44,137 nucleotides of DNA from Deltaproteobacteria bacterium. GTDB lineage: Bacteria; Desulfobacterota; UBA8473. Under the pieces are notes generated by a model. The model saw nothing but the letters and a program-made list of their open reading frames with translations. It did no database searches and was not told where the DNA came from. Positions 17,767-25,725 of this stretch are shown one piece after another. Position 1 is the stretch's first letter; every line of letters starts with the position of its first letter. The position numbers were made by a program, and so were the translations under genes. The stretch is from NCBI GenBank assembly GCA_003599365.1, contig QZJR01000098.1, forward strand, positions 1 to 44,137, written 5' to 3'.

Positions 17767-18738
17767 TTACACAAGCCCCCCTGTTATTTTTATAGCCTGA
17801 CTTCCCCTGCTATATCCAGGAACCCCGCTAAACTTCGGAATATCCTCTACTCTGATGACAAGCTCATCCGTTATGGATTTGCCGAGACTAATCACACTGC
17901 CTACCTCAAGACTCATCAAATCCCAAAAAGGAATTTCCACCCTGCCCACTTCTGCCACAACCTCAACATGAGAATCCATAAGCATTGTCCTCAACCTCTC
18001 AATCCATCTATGGTCAATCTCAAATTTATCGCTCTGGATGCCTGAATAGAGCTTTTCCTTAACAGGTTCTATCACAGAATAGGGGATACAGAAGAAAATC
18101 TTTCCTGTGAAGTCTTCAATCTCTAAATCAATTTCTACTTTTATTACTATCTCACTGGGAGTAACGATCGTCACGAATTGTGGGTTCATCTCAGAGCCAA
18201 TATACTTTGGAGCAATCGGTGCAACAGCATTCCATGCGAGTGACATATCATTTAAAGCAACTGTCGTAACCTTCTTGATAATCCTCTGTTCTATAGCTGT
18301 GAATGCCCTTCCTTCAGACTTAACATTCTGTGCGCTGGCACCACCAAAAAAAAACTCTACGAATGCAAAAACCAGGGGGGCCTCGATCACAAAAAGCGAG
18401 TAGCCTTTGAGCGGATCCATCTTAAATATATTAATACTTGATGGGAAAGGAATTCTCTTCATAAATTCCCCAAACTTTATAATTCCTATATTGCTTACAC
18501 TTACATCAACAAATCTCATGATGAGGTTTGAGACTGAGTTTCTGAAAAACCTTGAAAACCTCTCATTGACGATTTCGAATCCCGGCATTCGCCCACGAAC
18601 TATCCGCTCCTGATTAGTAAGGTCATAGGGCCTGACACCTGCAAGTATCTTATCCCTTGCCGTTTCTGTGTCTATTTCTCCTGACTGCACCCCCTTAAGG
18701 AGCGCATCCACTTCTTCCTGTGATAATATGTCGTTCAT
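17767..18738 (-). CDS. fliM: flagellar motor switch protein FliM
   Basis: 323 aa. N-terminal CheY-P binding peptide LSQEEVDALL, followed by the FliM middle and SpoA domains. Confidence 0.93.
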   Translation of the reverse strand: MNDILSQEEVDALLKGVQSGEIDTETARDKILAGVRPYDLTNQERIVRGRMPGFEIVNERFSRFFRNSVSNLIMRFVDVSVSNIGIIKFGEFMKRIPFPSSINIFKMDPLKGYSLFVIEAPLVFAFVEFFFGGASAQNVKSEGRAFTAIEQRIIKKVTTVALNDMSLAWNAVAPIAPKYIGSEMNPQFVTIVTPSEIVIKVEIDLEIEDFTGKIFFCIPYSVIEPVKEKLYSGIQSDKFEIDHRWIERLRTMLMDSHVEVVAEVGRVEIPFWDLMSLEVGSVISLGKSITDELVIRVEDIPKFSGVPGYSRGSQAIKITGGLV

Positions 18739-19232
18739 TGCATTATAAACTCCGTGAAATAGAGATTCTTGAAAACACCTTTCCCTATTATCTGATTAGC
18801 CCTGAGAAGAAGCTCATCCTTTAATTGAAACTTACCTTCAGGGCTTGATAAGGATTCGCTATCCTTGCTGCTTATAAGGATAATAATGGCATCCCTTAGC
18901 TTAGGGATTTTATCCAAGACTATTGGTTGATACGACTTATCAGTAAGTTCGAATTGCATGCTTAATTTCAAAAACCTCCCCTGTTCTGCAAGATTCATTA
19001 CAAAAGGGTCAAGGGAGACAAACATGTCCTTCCCCGAACTTTCTTCTTTCTTATGCGCTGCAGTGTCTGCCTTCTCCTTCTCACCATAGAGCATTATATA
19101 GGCAAGGAAACCACTTGCTAACAAAAGTAAAATTGCACCGGCGATTATTATCAGCTTCTTATTGCCCTTGACGGGTTGTTTCTGTTGAGACTGTTCGGCT
19201 TGGATATCAAGCGTTTCTTCTGTTATGTCCAT
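18735..19232 (-). CDS. fliL: flagellar basal-body-associated protein FliL
   Basis: 165 aa. Single TM (LIIIAGAILLLLASGFLAYIML) and FliL-type C-terminal domain (FVSLDPFVMNL...FLKLSMQFEL). Overlaps the fliM start. Confidence 0.85.
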   Translation of the reverse strand: MDITEETLDIQAEQSQQKQPVKGNKKLIIIAGAILLLLASGFLAYIMLYGEKEKADTAAHKKEESSGKDMFVSLDPFVMNLAEQGRFLKLSMQFELTDKSYQPIVLDKIPKLRDAIIILISSKDSESLSSPEGKFQLKDELLLRANQIIGKGVFKNLYFTEFIMQ

Positions 19233-19253
19233 TTATATTCTCCTAAATCATAT

Positions 19254-19386
19254 GGTTTTGGGTTTTGAGTTTTATCCATTTTGAGTTTATTTAGAGTTTA
19301 GGATTTAGTGTTTAGGATTTCCTCCCCCTCATTTTAAAACTCTACATCCTAAATAAATCCAAAGCTAAAAATACAAAACTCAAAAC
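19254..19386. repeat. imperfect long inverted repeat in the fliL leader
   Basis: ggttttg ggttttg heptamers and tttaggattt x2 on the left. gttttgagtttt (19262-19273) pairs with aaaactcaaaac (19375-19386). Confidence 0.8.
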
Positions 19387-19402
19387 ATAATTTATCTTAT
19401 GT

Positions 19403-19418
19403 ATCAAAAACTATGCCC
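19403..19418 (-). promoter_or_regulatory. candidate sigma-54 (-24/-12) promoter for the fliL operon
   Basis: The minus strand reads GGGCAT-AGTTT-TTGAT. This has the same architecture as the motifs at 39512-39527 and 32737-32752. The -12 element is TTGA instead of the consensus TTGC. Confidence 0.35.
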
Positions 19419-19518
19419 AATAGAAACATGTTGAAAATAGAGTGTTTTTTTAATAATCCCTGATTAAATATGTGTCAAAGAAATGACTAAGGGATAGATT
19501 TTTAACTGATATTCCGAC

Positions 19519-19545
19519 TAAAGTTTTTTAAACATATCCCGATAG
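19519..19545 (+). promoter_or_regulatory. sigma-28 (FliA) dependent promoter
   Basis: TAAAGTTT (19519-19526), an 11-nt spacer, then CCCGATAG (19538-19545). The enterobacterial consensus is TAAAGTTT-N11-GCCGATAA and the Bacillus sigma-D consensus is TAAA-N15-GCCGATAT. Confidence 0.7.
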
Positions 19546-19641
19546 ATGTAGTAAGGGACGATTCAGTAATCCAAATTGTAACTATTCAGCCATAACATGC
19601 CCAATGGCATTGACTGTTTTTGTGTCCCTAAGGTAGATAAC

Positions 19642-19839
19642 ATGACAATATTTCCCTTTCAGATTAATGAGGCAATGCATGCTTATAACAGGGTATCAAA
19701 ACTTAAACCCTCGGTCCTTCTTGAGAAAGAGCAGGGAGAGCCACATGATATTATAAATATATCGGCAGAGGCAAAAAAGAAGCAAATTATCGGACAGGCT
19801 AAAACCGAGGTGTTGGAAAGGATAAGAGAAACAAAATAA
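19642..19839 (+). CDS. small hypothetical protein, first gene after the sigma-28 promoter (weakly FlgM-like)
   Basis: The ORF track starts at 19597. The ATG at 19642 follows AAGGTAG. The 65-aa product contains DIINISAEAKKK, reminiscent of the D-x-V-x-L-S-x-E-A segment of FlgM, but the C-terminal sigma-28 binding helices are not recognisable. Confidence 0.4.
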   Translation: MTIFPFQINEAMHAYNRVSKLKPSVLLEKEQGEPHDIINISAEAKKKQIIGQAKTEVLERIRETK

Positions 19840-19840
19840 G

Positions 19841-20476
19841 ATGGATAAAAAATTTTTTAAGATATTAGTAGCAGATGATGATGAGATACCACGAGATATT
19901 GTCAGCAGTATTCTCTGCAAAGAGGGGTATTCTGTTGTGTCGGCAACAAATGGCATTGAGGCTATAAATATTCTCAGACTTGAGGATATAAACCTCGTTA
20001 TAACTGATCTCAGAATGCCCGGAGCTGATGGGCTTGATGTTCTTAAGCACGCTCTGATAATCAATCCTGAAGCCGCCGTTGTTATACTCACTGCTTATGG
20101 AACGCTGGATACCGCACTTGGGGCAATAAAAGGAGGAGCATATGATTACCTGACAAAACCGTTCAAGGTTCAGGAGATACTCATTCTTGCGGAAAGAGCA
20201 TATAAACGGGTGGAATTAATAAATGAAAACAGGGAATTAATCAAACATCTCAGGGATATTTATGGTGACATCGAGGTAATAAAGACAGTTTCGGGGAGTA
20301 ATAATCCCCTAATTATAACAGGTTGGATAGAGAGGATAGAAAGATTAAAGGAGATGAATATCCTTTCAGCACAGGAATCGGAAAAATTAAAGAAAAGGTT
20401 GATTAGGGGGAATGGAAATGGGAATGGAAAAGGGAAAGGGAAAGAGAAAAGGGGGGGGAAGAGTATTGATAGTTGA
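19841..20476 (+). CDS. response regulator receiver protein with helical C-terminal extension and G/N/K-rich tail
   Basis: 211 aa. ILVADDDEIPRD, NLVITDLRMPGADG, VVILTAYG, YLTKPF. The tail GNGNGNGKGKGKEKRGG is encoded by a hexamer-repeat purine tract. Confidence 0.85.
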   Translation: MDKKFFKILVADDDEIPRDIVSSILCKEGYSVVSATNGIEAINILRLEDINLVITDLRMPGADGLDVLKHALIINPEAAVVILTAYGTLDTALGAIKGGAYDYLTKPFKVQEILILAERAYKRVELINENRELIKHLRDIYGDIEVIKTVSGSNNPLIITGWIERIERLKEMNILSAQESEKLKKRLIRGNGNGNGKGKGKEKRGGKSIDS

Positions 20477-21950
20477 TGATGACCCTCTCGTGAGAGGTGT
20501 CCTCTCGGATATATTTTATAATGTTGGTGGCTATAAAACCGATGTTGCTGCAGATGGTTTTGACGGAATAGAAAAGATCAAAAATAACGAATACGATATT
20601 GTTTTTGCAGACATGGCAATGCCAAGATTGAATGGTATGGATTTTCTGAGAGAGATAAAAAAGATTAACCCCTCTATGCCTGTGGTTATAACTACAGGCA
20701 TTCCCTCTATAGACATGGCGGTAAATGCCATAAAAGAAGGTGCACAGGATTTCATAACAAAACCATTCAGGATTGATACGGTAATATCTATTGCAGACAG
20801 GATAACCGGTGAAAAAAAACTTTTAAACAAACTTGCGGTAAAAGATGATTACGAGGCATCCGTCGGGGAGCTGAAAGCAGAGCTTTTTAAGAAACTTCAG
20901 GAGATAGGCATCTTACAATCCATAAGCACTGAGCTTGATGGCCTGTGTGATAATAAAGAGATATTCGAAAGGATTGTAGCGATGGCATCAAAGCTCTTTA
21001 TGGTAAAAGAGGCATCCTTTGGCGCTATTGAAAATGGGCACCTGAAAATAAAGGGAAGCATAGGGACAATGGTAAAAGATATTTCCATTGCGAACAGTAT
21101 TTTTGAAAATGTGATAAAGAAAAAAACCTTTTGCCTTGCCTCATTGGGAGAGGTTAATCCCCACAATGGCACTCTTCTTACCTCCCCTTTTCTTTCGGTC
21201 CCCCTTACTATGAATAATGAGGTCTTTGGAATTCTGAACCTCTCAAACAAGGCAGACGGGACTGCATTCACAGACGATGAGATACGTTTTGCGCTTACCT
21301 TTGCAGAGAAAGCGGCCATGAGAATAGAGAACAACGCCCTTTATGAAGTCTTTTATACCAATCTCATGAATACATTGAAATCACTGGTCATCAGTATCGA
21401 GGCCAGAGATCCCTATACAAAGCATCATTCAGAAAGGGTTAGTTTATATTCCCTTCAGATTGCAGATGTCATAAATCTGGGTGCGGAAGATAAGGATGCT
21501 ATAAAGTTTGGCGGCTATCTCCATGACATAGGAAAGATAGGTGTCAGGGACACCGTTCTCGTGAAGCCAGGGATGCTTACACCCGAAGAAACGACAGAAA
21601 TCAGGCTGCATCCCGTTATAGGGTATAATATATTAGAACCTTTGAGGTTTTTTCCTAACGAGATGGATATTATTCGACATCATCATGAGAGATTCGATGG
21701 CAGTGGTTATCCAGATGGTCTTGCATGCGATAAGATTCCCCTTATCGCGCGAATCGCTGCCGTTGCCGATACTTATGACGCTATGACATCCTCGAGGCCG
21801 TATAGAAATGCAATGTGTCATGATGCTGCAATAAAAGAGCTAAAAAGATGTTCATCTTCTCAGCTTGAAGATGAGATTGTTCTTGCATTTTTGCAAACAC
21901 CGGCAGGGAAGGGGGGGGCAAGGTTATCACTAGAGAGGACAACACATTGA
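20412..21950 (+). CDS. REC-GAF-HD-GYP c-di-GMP phosphodiesterase-type response regulator
   Basis: 512 aa. Receiver (VLIVDDDPLVRG, DIVFADMAMPRLNG, ITKPF), a central GAF-like region, and HD-GYP motifs (HHSERV, GGYLHDIGKIGV, HHERFDGSGYPDGL). The start is uncertain (ATG at 20412, 20418 or 20424). Confidence 0.88.
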   Translation: MEMGMEKGKGKRKGGGRVLIVDDDPLVRGVLSDIFYNVGGYKTDVAADGFDGIEKIKNNEYDIVFADMAMPRLNGMDFLREIKKINPSMPVVITTGIPSIDMAVNAIKEGAQDFITKPFRIDTVISIADRITGEKKLLNKLAVKDDYEASVGELKAELFKKLQEIGILQSISTELDGLCDNKEIFERIVAMASKLFMVKEASFGAIENGHLKIKGSIGTMVKDISIANSIFENVIKKKTFCLASLGEVNPHNGTLLTSPFLSVPLTMNNEVFGILNLSNKADGTAFTDDEIRFALTFAEKAAMRIENNALYEVFYTNLMNTLKSLVISIEARDPYTKHHSERVSLYSLQIADVINLGAEDKDAIKFGGYLHDIGKIGVRDTVLVKPGMLTPEETTEIRLHPVIGYNILEPLRFFPNEMDIIRHHHERFDGSGYPDGLACDKIPLIARIAAVADTYDAMTSSRPYRNAMCHDAAIKELKRCSSSQLEDEIVLAFLQTPAGKGGARLSLERTTH

Positions 21951-22492
21951 GATTGGAACAAAATGAGCCGGAAGCACGTGGATATTTCCGGGTGGATGAT
22001 GTTTTTCCCGTGATCTCAAGGAAGGTGACGGAAGATTCTCCATATAGGAAATCGAAGGTCTTTCCAGGATATAGTATGGAAATTTCCTATATGGATGTGT
22101 CTGATGGGACAATAAATCCACAATTATGGAAGATGCTGGTTGATATTAACACAAAGCTTGGACTGATACTTGAGCACCTGCAACTGGAGAGCGAGGGACT
22201 TATAAAGGCTGAAGACATGCCGGTTAATATTAGCGCATCGGGCATAAGATTCAAAATGAAGGAAAAGGTTGATATAGGGGATGTAATTGAGATAAAAATG
22301 CTTCTGCCCACATATCCTCCCGTCGGAATCCTTACCTATGGAAATATAGTACAGGTGAAGGATCTTGGAAACGGCGAATATGAAGTCGCCTTACATTTTT
22401 CTGATATGGATGATGAGGTAAAGGACGAGATAATCCAATATGCTCTCAAGCGCCAGAGAGAGATTCTAAGGAAGCACAAACAACAACTTTGA
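21947..22492 (+). CDS. PilZ domain c-di-GMP receptor protein
   Basis: 181 aa. RGYFR (RxxxR) at residues 11-15 and NISASG (D/NxSxxG) at residues 94-99. The TTG start overlaps the HD-GYP stop (TTGA). Confidence 0.8.
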   Translation: MRLEQNEPEARGYFRVDDVFPVISRKVTEDSPYRKSKVFPGYSMEISYMDVSDGTINPQLWKMLVDINTKLGLILEHLQLESEGLIKAEDMPVNISASGIRFKMKEKVDIGDVIEIKMLLPTYPPVGILTYGNIVQVKDLGNGEYEVALHFSDMDDEVKDEIIQYALKRQREILRKHKQQL

Positions 22493-22493
22493 A

Positions 22494-22506
22494 CCTGAGT
22501 AGTTAC
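22494..22506. repeat. solo CCTGAGTAGTTAC terminal-repeat motif
   Basis: Exact copy of the type A/B terminal motif immediately after the PilZ stop. No partner arm is nearby. Confidence 0.8.
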
Positions 22507-22519
22507 AGGGAAATGATGT

Positions 22520-23287
22520 TTGATGGACCGTGCAAGCGTTATGGGAATTATTTTCGGGATAGCTGCAATTGTTGGCGGGAATCTGTTCGAGGGGGGAAGG
22601 CTTGATTCTATCATGCAGCTAACCGCTGCGGTGATTGTATTTGGTGGAACATTTGGCGCGGTACTGTTGAGTTTCCCACTACGGGATATCCTGAAAGCCA
22701 TTTCCTCTCTCAGAGATATTTTTATGGATGGAAAGACAAATCCTGAAACTTCTATAAATAGCATTATCCGGTATTCAAATATAGTGAGAAGAAAGGGTTT
22801 AATTGCCCTGGAACCGGAGATATCTAAAATCAAAGACTACTTTCTCAGAAAGGCACTGAAACTTGCAGTTGATGGTATGGGGCCAAAAATACTGAAAGAG
22901 GCAATGGAGCAGGAAAACCTTACCTATGAAGAAGAGAGAAGACGGATAGCAAGGGTTTTTGAGACTGCTGGGGGGTTTGCGCCTACCATAGGAATAATAG
23001 GAGCGGTTTTAGGACTTATACAGGTGATGGAGAATCTTTCCGATCCCTCAAGACTCGGTTCCGGCATTGCTGTAGCCTTTGTGGCGACCATATATGGCGT
23101 TGGTTCAGCGAATCTGATACTGCTGCCAATATCAAAAAAACTATTAAATAAACTTAACCATGAACTATCTGTAAGAGAGATAGTGCTGGAGGGGGTTGTG
23201 GGAATACAATCCGGAATAAATCCGTACTACCTTGAAGAGAGCCTCAGGGTTTTTATAGAGAGGGATAGAACAAGGATTTCCAGATGA
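22520..23287 (+). CDS. motA: flagellar stator protein MotA, set 1 (PomA/MotP-like length)
   Basis: 255 aa (TTG at 22520 or ATG at 22523). MotA/TolQ/ExbB channel family, with four TM segments and the C-terminal segment GIAVAFVATIYGVGSANLILLPI. Confidence 0.9.
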   Translation: MMDRASVMGIIFGIAAIVGGNLFEGGRLDSIMQLTAAVIVFGGTFGAVLLSFPLRDILKAISSLRDIFMDGKTNPETSINSIIRYSNIVRRKGLIALEPEISKIKDYFLRKALKLAVDGMGPKILKEAMEQENLTYEEERRRIARVFETAGGFAPTIGIIGAVLGLIQVMENLSDPSRLGSGIAVAFVATIYGVGSANLILLPISKKLLNKLNHELSVREIVLEGVVGIQSGINPYYLEESLRVFIERDRTRISR

Positions 23288-23976
23288 GAAAGAGACGAAA
23301 GGTGGAGGATCATGACAATGCAGATAGGTGGGTTATATCATATGCGGACTTCATTACCCTTCTTTTTGCATTTTTCACAACCCTGTATGCCATCAGTAAT
23401 GTGGATTCAGGCAAGCTCAAGATGTTTGCAGGATCGATGAAGTCTGCCTTTAAGACAACGGGGACGGATAATTCTGCCGGTACCACCATTATAGAAGGCA
23501 TCAAACCTATAAATTATGCAGATGTTAGGCTTGAAAAGGATATCAGGATAACATTTGAAAAATTTGGTAAGCTGGAGGGAATTAGTATCTCAAGAGATGA
23601 AAGAGGCGTCTCAATATCCTTTGGAGATTCTGTTCTTTTTGATACAGGTTCAGCAGTGATTAAGGATGAAGCAGAACCGTTGCTCTTATCAGTAATATCT
23701 GTTATAAAGAGGACACAAAACAATATAATAGTTGAGGGACACACAGATAATATACCTATAAAGTCTAAATACCTTTCAAACTGGGAATTATCCACAGCAA
23801 GGGCTGCCGGTGTCCTTATGTATATTCTGAAAGAAAATAATAACATGAGCCCGGAAAGATTTTCCACCTCAGGATATGCGGAATATCGTCCGGTTACATC
23901 CAATGTGACCCCTGAAGGAAGGGCAAAAAACAGGAGGGTAGATATAGTATTTGTCAGCAACAGATATGGTAGCTAA
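23284..23976 (+). CDS. motB: flagellar stator protein MotB, set 1 (OmpA-like C-terminus)
   Basis: 230 aa. RWVISYADFITLLFAFF contains the conserved channel Asp. The peptidoglycan-binding domain has GHTDN, NWELSTARA and NRRVDIV. Confidence 0.9.
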   Translation: MRKRRKVEDHDNADRWVISYADFITLLFAFFTTLYAISNVDSGKLKMFAGSMKSAFKTTGTDNSAGTTIIEGIKPINYADVRLEKDIRITFEKFGKLEGISISRDERGVSISFGDSVLFDTGSAVIKDEAEPLLLSVISVIKRTQNNIIVEGHTDNIPIKSKYLSNWELSTARAAGVLMYILKENNNMSPERFSTSGYAEYRPVTSNVTPEGRAKNRRVDIVFVSNRYGS

Positions 23977-25435
23977 AATACTCTTTATTGATGGCAGTCC
24001 TTTTGGCCATGATCTGATAAAGATGTCCTTCAGCAGGCATCCGACGGATTATCATCTGGAATTCGTATCTACAGCAAAGGAAGGGTTTGAAGTCATCAAA
24101 AGGGAACAGGTAAAGTGCATTTTTGTCAGTCAGGAACTCCCTGACATGGATGGATTTGAATTCCTAAAAGAAGTTAAGATGCTGAAGATTCAGGCGCCCG
24201 TGATTATGATGGCAATAGATGAAGCCAAAATGGTAGTTGCTGAGGCGCTGGAGAAAGGCGCAGAGGATTGTGTGACCAAGAGCCTAAAAACCTTCAGGGC
24301 ATTTCCTTCCATATCTGAGCGTTCCCTTTTCAGATATAGACATAAACTAAGCAGTGAGAGGACCAAGAGAGATAAGTTCATTATCCAACGTCAGAAACAG
24401 TGGAGGGCAATTATCGACGCCATAACAGACTTTATTTTTGTGATAGACGACGATTACAGGTTAAGGAGGGTAAATAGTGCACTCGCAAAAGTCTTAGGTA
24501 TGCATCCAAAGGAACTTGTAGGCAAGAGATGCAGCGACTTAGATAACATCATAGATGTACCTGATGAACGCTGCCTAAAAGATGTTATAAAGGATGGCAC
24601 TCCATATATTTATGAAAAAAACATAGGTAACGATACATATCAGATAAGTATATTCCCTCTGTATGACGATGATAGGCCCATGACAATTCATGTAATGAAA
24701 AATATCACCGAAATGAAGAGATTAAAGGAGCAATTATATCATTCCTATAAACTCGCATCCCTGGGTCTTCTGGTCTCAGGGGTTGCCCATGAGATTAACA
24801 ACCCGCTAACAGGAATAATCGCCTATACAGAGCTTCTCGGGATGAGTGTCGTGGATGAAGAGACCGGTAAGAAATTAAAAAAGATAATGTACAGCGCTGA
24901 GCGGTGTAAGAAGATTGTCGAAAACTTGCTTACATTCTCGAGGCAGAAAAACCCATCAAAGAGCCTTGAGTCAATGAATGATATTATTGATAGGATCGTA
25001 GATTTCAGGGGGTACTGGCTTGGAGTAAATAACATCGTGATCGAGAAGGATTATGATGTTATTTCTACTGTCCTTGTCGACTCACAGCAGATTCAGCAGG
25101 TAATCCTCAATATCCTTCTCAATGCCGAACATGCGATAGTTGACTCTAATGTAGATAATGGAAGAATTAAATTTACCACAAGGTATGATCGGGACAATCG
25201 TAAGATAATAATAAAGATTTCTGACAATGGTCCCGGAATCCCACAAAATATAATCTCGAGCATATTCGATCCATTCTTCACCACAAAGCCTGCCGGCACC
25301 GGAACAGGATTGGGCCTTTCCATATCCCACGGTATAATTGTTGAACATGAAGGCAACATAATGGTTGAAAGTTCTGAAGGAAAAGGCACTACCTTCTTTA
25401 TAGAGATTCCTTTAGCTAAGTGCTCTGGACCATAA
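23951..25435 (+). CDS. sensor histidine kinase with degenerate N-terminal receiver, PAS, HisKA and HATPase domains
   Basis: 494 aa (TTG at 23951 or ATG at 23966). PAS (WRAIIDAITDFIFVIDDDYRLRRVN), H-box HEINNPLTGI, G-boxes DNGPGI and GTGTGLGLS. Confidence 0.88.
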   Translation: MSATDMVAKILFIDGSPFGHDLIKMSFSRHPTDYHLEFVSTAKEGFEVIKREQVKCIFVSQELPDMDGFEFLKEVKMLKIQAPVIMMAIDEAKMVVAEALEKGAEDCVTKSLKTFRAFPSISERSLFRYRHKLSSERTKRDKFIIQRQKQWRAIIDAITDFIFVIDDDYRLRRVNSALAKVLGMHPKELVGKRCSDLDNIIDVPDERCLKDVIKDGTPYIYEKNIGNDTYQISIFPLYDDDRPMTIHVMKNITEMKRLKEQLYHSYKLASLGLLVSGVAHEINNPLTGIIAYTELLGMSVVDEETGKKLKKIMYSAERCKKIVENLLTFSRQKNPSKSLESMNDIIDRIVDFRGYWLGVNNIVIEKDYDVISTVLVDSQQIQQVILNILLNAEHAIVDSNVDNGRIKFTTRYDRDNRKIIIKISDNGPGIPQNIISSIFDPFFTTKPAGTGTGLGLSISHGIIVEHEGNIMVESSEGKGTTFFIEIPLAKCSGP

Positions 25436-25458
25436 ATTCGGTGACGTATTTTCGGCTT

Positions 25459-25509
25459 CACCCCCACCCAAACCCTCCCCCTTGAAGGGGGAGGGTTTGG
25501 GTGGGGGTG
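25459..25509. repeat. perfect 23-bp stem / 5-nt loop hairpin (type E core)
   Basis: cacccccacccaaaccctccccc ttgaa gggggagggtttgggtgggggtg. It is related to the C-rich/G-rich cores at 16001-16037 and 32271-32350. Confidence 0.9.
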
Positions 25510-25558
25510 GATTATCCTTATGCAACCGTATTTATGAAACAGACCACTAAGAAATAGC

Positions 25559-25682
25559 GTAACCGTTAACGGTTCTCAGTTTGCAGTTTACGGTAATTAC
25601 AACAGCAGGCTTAAGCCCGCTGTTATATAAAGCTTGAAGCATTTTTGCCAACTGTTAACTGCAAACCGTGAACTGTGAACGG
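25559..25682. repeat. type C intergenic repeat, full copy
   Basis: gtaaccgttaacgg...gtaattacAACAGCAGGCTTAAGCCCGCTGTTatataaagcttgaagcatttttgccaactgttaactgcaaaccgtgaactgtgaacgg. It is near-identical to 39537-39696 and to the reverse complement of 32807-32937. Confidence 0.92.
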
Positions 25683-25725
25683 ATAACAAATAGCCTGGAG
25701 GAGTAAATGTGGAGAGGTATTCATT

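Noticed and set aside
25690-25725. Sigma-54 or sigma-28 promoter upstream of motA2. The candidates were CTGGAGGAGTAAATGTGG as a -24/-12 element and ACGGATAA as a sigma-28 -10 element.
   Set aside because: The -12 region does not match TTGC/TTGA at the correct spacing. No TAAA -35 element precedes ACGGATAA at the correct distance.
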